DNA from: Halobacteriovoraceae bacterium
GTDB taxonomy: Bacteria; Bdellovibrionota; Bacteriovoracia; Bacteriovoracales; Bacteriovoracaceae
Assembly (NCBI GenBank): GCA_963719505.1
Contig: CAVRCF010000005.1
Coordinates: 192,001 to 256,000, forward strand
DNA: 64,000 bases
Direction of reading: 5' to 3'
A program made the translations under genes and the position numbers. Shown here piece after piece: positions 57,347-64,000 of the stretch. The notes under the pieces were generated by a model. It searched no databases. It worked only from the letters and a program-made list of their open reading frames with translations, and was not told the origin of the DNA. The number at the start of each line of letters is the position of its first letter. The stretch's first letter is position 1.

Positions 57347-57961
57347 ATGAAAAATTTATGGTATTTATCTCTTATTTTTGTCTCGTCTCAAGCTCTTTCC
57401 AATGAAGATTGTATTAATAAATACAAGCAAAAATACTTCAAGCATAAGCATCGCTACGAAAAGGCAGTTGATCGATACGATAGAAGGCGGGAAGCCGCAC
57501 GAAACCAAATTTTCTCTGCCCAAGCTTCAGGCTCAATAACGGCAGGATCAATCTTTGGTGCGGCGACAATTCAAAACGATGTTAGACCTAAGAGATCAGA
57601 CTATAATTTAAGCGGTGAACCGATCATTAATGCTTATGATTTTAATTTAGACTCTCGTCAATCAAAGCCCAGTTATTTAGATGAGCTTTACAACGAGGCT
57701 TTGGCCGTTGATGCCGATACCACTTATGAAGCCGTACAAGGTCTTTTGAAAAAAGGCATGCACGATGGAGAGTTTTGTTCTTGGTTTGGTTTAAAAGATA
57801 AAGATAAAATTACAAAATTTGTTCTAGAGGGTCTTGCTAAAGATAGATCTCTTACAGCGTCGAACTTAAATGTTAATGACTCCCACCCAGGCCAGGCCCG
57901 GGAAGTACCTAGGGAGACAGAAGAATCAAGTCAGTCTACAGTTTTTGCAACTGGGCAATAG
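57347..57961 (+). CDS. Secreted hypothetical protein
   Basis: Signal peptide; helical region; low-complexity C-terminal tail. Confidence 0.78.
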   Translation: MKNLWYLSLIFVSSQALSNEDCINKYKQKYFKHKHRYEKAVDRYDRRREAARNQIFSAQASGSITAGSIFGAATIQNDVRPKRSDYNLSGEPIINAYDFNLDSRQSKPSYLDELYNEALAVDADTTYEAVQGLLKKGMHDGEFCSWFGLKDKDKITKFVLEGLAKDRSLTASNLNVNDSHPGQAREVPRETEESSQSTVFATGQ

Positions 57962-58874
57962 TTCTATTATATTCACTGATCAATTGATCTACCACTTGTT
58001 GAGTCGATGGAATATCTTTGATCAAAGAACAAACCTGTCCAATTTCTAATTCCCCTTGATCCACATCGCCATCGAGCATTCCTGCTTTGGCACGACCGCG
58101 ACCAAGATGTTCGAGGCGCTTTTCTTTATCAGCTCCTGTTAACTCCAACTTCTCAACTTCCTCAAAAAACTTATTTTTAAAAAGTCTAACGGGAACAAGA
58201 TCTTTCATCATAAGCTTTGTTGATCCACTTTGAGAATTGAGGAGAAGATTTTTATAATTATCATGAGCACTACTTTCTTTGGTCATTAAAAAACGAGTAC
58301 CCATTTGGATGGCCTGTGCACCAAGAGCTAAGCCCGCGGCTATAGAAGCTCCTGTGGCAAAACCGCCGGCGGCAATAACAGGTATTTTTACAGCACGAAC
58401 AACTTGTGGAATTAGTGCAAGCGTTGTTATCTCATCGCGCCCATTGTGCCCACCTGCTTCAAAGCCTTCGGCAATAATAGCATCGACTCCGGCTTCTTCG
58501 CATTTATTTGCAAGCTCAGGTGTACTGGTAACATGAATAACAATACAGCCTTTATCTTTTAAAAACTTGGTGTACTTTTTAGGACTACCTGCACTTGTAA
58601 TAAAAACTTTGATTTTATTTTGTAAAGCGATCTCAATTTGTTCCTCAACTTTTGAATACAAAAGGGGAAGATTAATGGCCACGGGTTTATCAGTCAGTCT
58701 ATTTACTTTTTGCAACTGTGAATCGAGCAAATCAAGACTCATGGAACCAGCGCCCACGACACCCAAGCATCCCGCGTTTGCTGCAGCCGCGGCTAGGTTA
58801 GCTCCTGAGACCCATACCATTCCCGCTTGAATAAGGGGGTATTGTATTTTTAAAAGATCGGTTATTTTATTCAT
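57936..58874 (-). CDS. Nitronate monooxygenase / FabK-like FMN enzyme
   Basis: YPLIQAGM, AEGFEAGGH, PVIAAGG, MGTRF, GQV..LI. Confidence 0.9.
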   Translation of the reverse strand: MNKITDLLKIQYPLIQAGMVWVSGANLAAAAANAGCLGVVGAGSMSLDLLDSQLQKVNRLTDKPVAINLPLLYSKVEEQIEIALQNKIKVFITSAGSPKKYTKFLKDKGCIVIHVTSTPELANKCEEAGVDAIIAEGFEAGGHNGRDEITTLALIPQVVRAVKIPVIAAGGFATGASIAAGLALGAQAIQMGTRFLMTKESSAHDNYKNLLLNSQSGSTKLMMKDLVPVRLFKNKFFEEVEKLELTGADKEKRLEHLGRGRAKAGMLDGDVDQGELEIGQVCSLIKDIPSTQQVVDQLISEYNRTIAQLQKL

Positions 58875-58877
58875 GTC

Positions 58878-59618
58878 TTAGTCCAATGTATAAGTAATAT
58901 AATTTTCATCAGTGATGGTAATTACGGGTGACTTTTCTAGATGATCAAGAATGTACCTTTCAGTCACTCCGGTTGTCTTCGCTCGTGTTGACGCTCTTTT
59001 ATTGCCAAACTTCTCTCCATCATAAACTGTCCAGCCTCCGGCGATCATTGATTTTCTGATAGAGGATGAAGCGGAGTAGGTGCTCATAATACAATCGGCT
59101 TTGGCACTTTCATAAAGATCTTGAAACCACTGGCTTGTCCAGAGTATCGCGTTTCTTTTTGGACTAAAGGCATCTTGATAGATGCAGTCATAGCTAAACT
59201 TCATTTCTTTTTGAAATTTTGGAAAAGTTTCTCGGCCATTACCAATAAGAAGATACAGCTCAAAATCTTTGTGTTTTACATGATAGAAGTAGTCACTTTT
59301 TATATAGTTTGAAAAAAGGGGATCTTTTTTAAGAGTGTATAAAACAAGATCCTCATCTATTTCAATAGAGACAAAAGTAAAGCGAGATAAAGAAGCTTTA
59401 TATGTTTCATAAAAACCAACACCGACGCCAAAGCCTGCTTCAAAGATGTTTATTTCTGAGTCTTTTGATTTGTTAACGACATCACAGCCATCAATATAGT
59501 GGACCTTTGTTTCACTTGCGGCTCCAGCTATTGAATGACAGGTTTCATTATAAAGCTTTGAGAAAACGGTCAGACTACCATCATCAGTTTTTATAAAATC
59601 GTAGTTTTTTAGGTCCAT
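58878..59618 (-). CDS. MnmC methyltransferase-domain (MnmD-like) protein
   Basis: T.DGSLT, E..HS..GA..E, FEAGFG.G, YQDAFSP..N..LW, STYS, KR. Confidence 0.85.
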   Translation of the reverse strand: MDLKNYDFIKTDDGSLTVFSKLYNETCHSIAGAASETKVHYIDGCDVVNKSKDSEINIFEAGFGVGVGFYETYKASLSRFTFVSIEIDEDLVLYTLKKDPLFSNYIKSDYFYHVKHKDFELYLLIGNGRETFPKFQKEMKFSYDCIYQDAFSPKRNAILWTSQWFQDLYESAKADCIMSTYSASSSIRKSMIAGGWTVYDGEKFGNKRASTRAKTTGVTERYILDHLEKSPVITITDENYITYTLD

Positions 59619-59640
59619 ATCATTTACTATAACAAGCTAT

Positions 59641-60393
59641 ATGCAAAAATATTATCACTTTTATGAGAAATCCTATGAAAACTTCACTCCAGATTGGTTT
59701 AGTGAGAACAATATTGAAAAAATCGAATTGTTTCTCAAAGAAAACACGGAGAGTATCAAGAAGTTTATTGAAAGCTATGAGCGTCAATTTGACTGGGGTA
59801 GTGACTCTCTGAGAGGCAAAGAAGTTCTTGTCGCAGGTTGTGGTTTTGGTGGACTTTGTTTCTATCTAGAATCCAGAGGGGCTATTGTGACGGGAGTTGA
59901 TGTCTCAAAACTTGCTATCTCAGGTGCGATAGAGATTAAAAAGCTTTTAAATAAACACGTAAACTTTAAGTGCATGGATCTAACAGAACACAGCAATCTT
60001 GAAAAATACGATTTGATTTTTGACGATCATCTTTTGCACTGCCTTACAACAAAAGATGACCGTTTAAGTTATCTAGCTCATCTCAAAAAAAAATTAAAAC
60101 CTGATGGATTGATTTTTATTGAGTCCATGGCCTTTCATTCAAGCCTGCAAGTACCTGCTGATTACAATTTTGATGAAGAAAATATTCTTTGGAGGAAAGA
60201 TCTAATGGTTCGAAAAATTGCCGAGTCGATAGAGATTGAACAAGAAGTAAAAGAGTCGGACTTGTTTATCAATTATCTTTTCTTTCACTCGGAACTTTGT
60301 TTCCAAGCTTTCCCAGAGTACAAAGACTATCCGGCGCACTTTTTGCCAAAAACTATTCGCCTTACATGCATGGCGGAATCACCTTTTGAATAA
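59641..60393 (+). CDS. Class I SAM-dependent methyltransferase
   Basis: VLVAGCGFG, TGVDVS, YDLIFD..LLHCL, LKPDG. Confidence 0.85.
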   Translation: MQKYYHFYEKSYENFTPDWFSENNIEKIELFLKENTESIKKFIESYERQFDWGSDSLRGKEVLVAGCGFGGLCFYLESRGAIVTGVDVSKLAISGAIEIKKLLNKHVNFKCMDLTEHSNLEKYDLIFDDHLLHCLTTKDDRLSYLAHLKKKLKPDGLIFIESMAFHSSLQVPADYNFDEENILWRKDLMVRKIAESIEIEQEVKESDLFINYLFFHSELCFQAFPEYKDYPAHFLPKTIRLTCMAESPFE

Positions 60394-60485
60394 CACTGTA
60401 TGTCTAAGAAAAATTTTTCTCGTTCCCAGAATCACTTTCATTGACTATCATCTAGAGACTAATAATTTAATTTAAGGATTTATCT

Positions 60486-62159
60486 ATGAAAAGAGTATGG
60501 CAAGAAAGTTATCAAGAAGGTGTTCCTCATGAAATTAATATCAATGAATACAAAAGTATTCCAGATATATTAGAACAATCCTTCAAAGACTTTGCCGATA
60601 GACCTTCTTTTCATTGTATGGGAAAGACTTTTACTTTTGCTGAAATAGACTCTCTTTCTCAAAAATTTGGCTCTTACCTTCAAAACGATCTCGGTCTTAA
60701 AAAAGGCTCGAGAGTGGCGATTATGATGCCGAATATTTTACAATATCCAGTCGCTCTTTTTGGAATTCTAAGAACGGGAATGATTGCGGTAAACGTGAAT
60801 CCTCTTTATACAGCGAAAGAGCTTGAGCATCAACTTATTGACTCAGGAGCTGAGGCGATTATTATTTTTGAAAACTCTGCTCAGATATTACAAAAAGTCA
60901 TTTCAAAAACAAAAGTTAAGCACGTTATTACAACAAGCATTGGTGACATGTTAGGTTTTCCAAAATCAATCCTTGTAAACTTTGTTATCAAGCATGTTAA
61001 AAAGATGGTTCCTTCTTGGTCACTTCCAGGAAATATTAAATTTAATGACGCTCTTGCTGCAGGTGATGCTTCTAAATTTAAAAGAGCAAAATTAACTCTG
61101 GAAGACACAGCTTTTCTTCAATACACCGGTGGAACGACAGGTGTTTCAAAAGGTGCTGATTTAACTCATGGAAATATTGTGGCCAACGTACTACAAGCAA
61201 AAGTTTGGATCGCAAAAGATTTAAAACTGGGGGAAGAAATTATTATCACACCTCTTCCGCTTTATCATATTTTCTCATTAACAGCCAACTGCATGATCTT
61301 TAATTCCATTGGAGCTCTTAACGTTCTTATTACAAATCCAAGAGATATTCCGGCCTTTGTTAAAGAATTATCTAAATGGAAATTTTCTGCCTTTACTGGG
61401 GTTAACACACTTTTTAACGTTCTTGTGAATAATGAAGACTTTAAAAAATTAGACTTTTCAAATCTTAAAGTTACTTTGGGTGGTGGTATGGCCGTGCAAA
61501 AAGCTGTAGCAGAAAAATGGAAAAAAGTGACAGGAAAACCACTTATAGAGGCTTATGGACTAACAGAAACAAGTCCCGCAGCATGTATTAATCCACTAGA
61601 TATTCCTGAATATAATGGAAAGATTGGTGTGCCGATTCCGTCAACAGACATGAAAGTTATCGATGAAGAAGAGAATGAAGTTGCTCTAGGTGAGAGAGGC
61701 GAGATTGCTATTAAAGGGCCACAAGTAATGCGTGGTTACTGGAACCAACCTGAAGAGACGGCTAAAGTCATGACTAAAGATGGATTCTTTAAAACCGGAG
61801 ATATCGCGACACAAGACGAGAGAGGATTTTTTCAAATCGTTGATAGAAAGAAAGATATGATTTTAGTTTCAGGCTTTAATGTCTATCCAAACGAAATTGA
61901 AGATGTTGCCACTTCTCATGAAAAAGTTTTAGAAGCAGCGGCCATTGGTATCCCTAATGAAAAATCAGGAGAGGTCGTTAAGCTTTTCATTGTTAAAAAA
62001 GATCAATCTTTAACGGCTGATGAGATGATCGCTTTTTGTAAGACAGAACTTACAGGTTATAAGATTCCAAAAATCGTTGAGTTTAAAGATGAGCTTCCAA
62101 AAAGTAATGTCGGAAAGATTCTTAGAAAAGATTTAAGAGATATGGAAAAGAATAGTTAA
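60486..62159 (+). CDS. fadD: Long-chain fatty acid--CoA ligase
   Basis: LQYTGGTTGVSKGA, PLYHIF, YGLTETSP, TGD, DRKKDMILVSGFNVYPNEIE, LPKSNVGK. Confidence 0.95.
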   Translation: MKRVWQESYQEGVPHEININEYKSIPDILEQSFKDFADRPSFHCMGKTFTFAEIDSLSQKFGSYLQNDLGLKKGSRVAIMMPNILQYPVALFGILRTGMIAVNVNPLYTAKELEHQLIDSGAEAIIIFENSAQILQKVISKTKVKHVITTSIGDMLGFPKSILVNFVIKHVKKMVPSWSLPGNIKFNDALAAGDASKFKRAKLTLEDTAFLQYTGGTTGVSKGADLTHGNIVANVLQAKVWIAKDLKLGEEIIITPLPLYHIFSLTANCMIFNSIGALNVLITNPRDIPAFVKELSKWKFSAFTGVNTLFNVLVNNEDFKKLDFSNLKVTLGGGMAVQKAVAEKWKKVTGKPLIEAYGLTETSPAACINPLDIPEYNGKIGVPIPSTDMKVIDEEENEVALGERGEIAIKGPQVMRGYWNQPEETAKVMTKDGFFKTGDIATQDERGFFQIVDRKKDMILVSGFNVYPNEIEDVATSHEKVLEAAAIGIPNEKSGEVVKLFIVKKDQSLTADEMIAFCKTELTGYKIPKIVEFKDELPKSNVGKILRKDLRDMEKNS

Positions 62160-62164
62160 GGTCT

Positions 62165-63391
62165 ATGTTTAGTGACTTAATCGTTTTTGCCACTGCGACA
62201 GCACTGGCCTTTGGCATTAAGTCACTGACGAAGAACTTGTTGTGGGTCATTCCCACATCAATGATTGCTGGCTTTTTAGTTTTTATCGGCTCAACTGAAG
62301 TCTTGGGTTTTTATAAGCTTTCAAGCCATTTCTCTTTTTATATTGATATCCTTCTCGCTTATATCTTTGGAAGTTTTCCTCTATCCATTTCTTCCGTAGA
62401 TAAATCATTTTTTAGTAAAGTAAAAACTCTTTGGCAGTATTCAGCTTTGCAATACGTCTCCCAGTGGGGGATATCTCTGGTTATAGTGATCTTAGTGCTA
62501 AAGGGTCTCTTTCCCTTTCTTACTGATCAGTTTTCTGTTGTGTTGCCTGCTGGTTTTGCCGGAGGCCATGGGTCAGCTGCAGTAGTGGGGGATATCCTGG
62601 GCAAGATGGGCTTTCAAGAAGCCTTGACCCTAACGATGACAATGGCCACCGTTGGTGCTCTTTTCTCACTAGTCGGTGGCGTTGCGTGGATCTACTGGGG
62701 AAGACGAAAAGGGTACCTTGAAAACATTAATTTTGATGTCCAAATCGAAAATAAAAAACCTTTTTATATAAATCCTAAAACCTTTATTGTTTTAACTGCA
62801 GCGATTATTGTGGCTTTTTTCTTAAAGCCTTTTTTCTCAAATCTTTTGCGCTTTGAGATCCCAATCTTTGCTGTAACAGTTGCAGTCTCTGCGGCGATTA
62901 GATTCGTTAGACCAAAAATAAAAATTCATGCCCTCACTCTTGAGAAAACCACAAACTTTTCAACAGACTTTCTTGTGCTCATTGGAATAGCAGGGATTAA
63001 GATCTTTGTCGTTGAACTCTATATCTGGCCTCTTGTTATTATGTCACTCGTTGGACTATCTCTTTGTATTATCTACTTTAGATGCCTAGGTATGCGGGTT
63101 TTTGAAGAAGATTCATTTACTAAAGCGGTTTTTACCTGGGGGTGGTCAGTTGGTGGACTCGTCTTTGGTTTGGCCTTAGTTAAGATGATTAAGAAACAAG
63201 ATAATATGGGAATTCTTGAACAATTTGCTTTCACCTATCTCATGCTCGCTCCAATTGAAATTGGTCTGCTTTTATCCATGCCTTTTCTCACAACCAAAGG
63301 CATCGCCCTTTACGCCGCTATACCCCTGTTATTATTGGCACTTATACTCATAAAGATTCTTGCTGGAAAAGCCGATAAGGTATTGAAATAA
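62165..63391 (+). CDS. Sodium/glutamate symporter (GltS-like)
   Basis: Polytopic membrane protein with GFAGGHGSAA and ATVG motifs. Confidence 0.8.
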   Translation: MFSDLIVFATATALAFGIKSLTKNLLWVIPTSMIAGFLVFIGSTEVLGFYKLSSHFSFYIDILLAYIFGSFPLSISSVDKSFFSKVKTLWQYSALQYVSQWGISLVIVILVLKGLFPFLTDQFSVVLPAGFAGGHGSAAVVGDILGKMGFQEALTLTMTMATVGALFSLVGGVAWIYWGRRKGYLENINFDVQIENKKPFYINPKTFIVLTAAIIVAFFLKPFFSNLLRFEIPIFAVTVAVSAAIRFVRPKIKIHALTLEKTTNFSTDFLVLIGIAGIKIFVVELYIWPLVIMSLVGLSLCIIYFRCLGMRVFEEDSFTKAVFTWGWSVGGLVFGLALVKMIKKQDNMGILEQFAFTYLMLAPIEIGLLLSMPFLTTKGIALYAAIPLLLLALILIKILAGKADKVLK

Positions 63392-63446
63392 CAGTTGTGT
63401 TACCAATTAAAAATCTCTCTTTAGTTGGACTAGGTATAATGAAATG

Positions 63447-64000
63447 ATGAAGCTAATACTCTTATTCATATTAACTGTCTCAGTTGTTGCTGCACCTAAA
63501 AAAGATGAAGCTAAGGAAGAAGTAGATCTTGCTGTATCCGCAATTTACGAGAAAAGAAATGAAGACCAGATTGTTGAAGGTAATGAACTTTTAAAAAGTT
63601 GTAAATCCGAATTTAAAGACGATATTAATGGTGCTGAAGATTGTATTAACAAAGCTATAAAGAATTTCAAAGAAGAAGATCTGGAAAAGATTGCAGATAA
63701 AATTAAACTTGGCTCTTATGATACCAAAGCCTCTAAAAGTGCCAAAACGATTAGAGAATATTTGTCTGAAAGAATGAGTAATGCTCTTAGAGGCGCACCA
63801 AAAAACGGCGTGAAAGAAATTTCAATTAGAGATATGAAATTTGTTGATCACGCAGTTTACGCAAAAATTTATAGATCACAAATAGGTAAAAATATTCTTT
63901 TAGAAACCACTAATTACTGCCTTTCCAATTTTGGATACAAGGGAGAGCCAGGATACCTAGTTACACCTGTTGGTGTACCTATTGCAGGTCCTGATGGTGA
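63447..64000 (+). CDS. Secreted hypothetical protein, partial (runs off the window)
   Basis: MKLILLFILTVSVVAAPKK...; frame appears open to the window end; TATAAT 6 nt upstream. Confidence 0.75.
   Translation, partial: MKLILLFILTVSVVAAPKKDEAKEEVDLAVSAIYEKRNEDQIVEGNELLKSCKSEFKDDINGAEDCINKAIKNFKEEDLEKIADKIKLGSYDTKASKSAKTIREYLSERMSNALRGAPKNGVKEISIRDMKFVDHAVYAKIYRSQIGKNILLETTNYCLSNFGYKGEPGYLVTPVGVPIAGPDG

Noticed and set aside
183-61108. Numerous 60-140 aa ORFs overlapping larger genes (e.g. 9903-10205, 25137-25463, 46233-46646)
   Set aside because: Antisense or alternate-frame shadows of well-supported CDSs, with no motif support

Overview
AT-rich bacterial chromosomal window. It has many short secreted proteins, hydrolases (three serine beta-lactamase-fold enzymes, a metzincin, a lytic transglycosylase, two EEP nucleases, a TGase-elicitor-type enzyme) and sigma28-like promoters. 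This content suggests a predatory Bacteriovoracaceae/Bdellovibrionota-like organism (inference only). Housekeeping and metabolic genes include rlmN-like, two RhlE-like DEAD helicases, two ABC-F ATPases, tapT, an MnmD-like methyltransferase, htpX, fadD, a delta-9 desaturase and an OYE with its ArsR regulator. There are three mobile elements: a degenerate DDE transposase whose split inverted repeats appear to enclose passenger genes (about 15.6-19.5 kb), an IS481-family element nested in it with a 7-bp TSD, and an IS1202-family element with a 16-21-bp direct repeat. The most notable observation is an apparently complete lysine riboswitch transcription unit (promoter, aptamer, terminator) on the minus strand at 30.77-31.06 kb. 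It has no downstream sense gene and points antisense into a parvulin and a Ppx/GppA-like gene. Other notable items are a nine-gene coupled operon joining an MMPL/beta-barrel/LolA-like module to MoxR-DUF58-transglutaminase, a trypsin-fold protein lacking all three catalytic residues, a recurring leaderless-gene signature, and several frameshifted or decayed genes. No rRNA, tRNA or CRISPR array was seen. All family calls come from motif recognition by eye; no database search was run.
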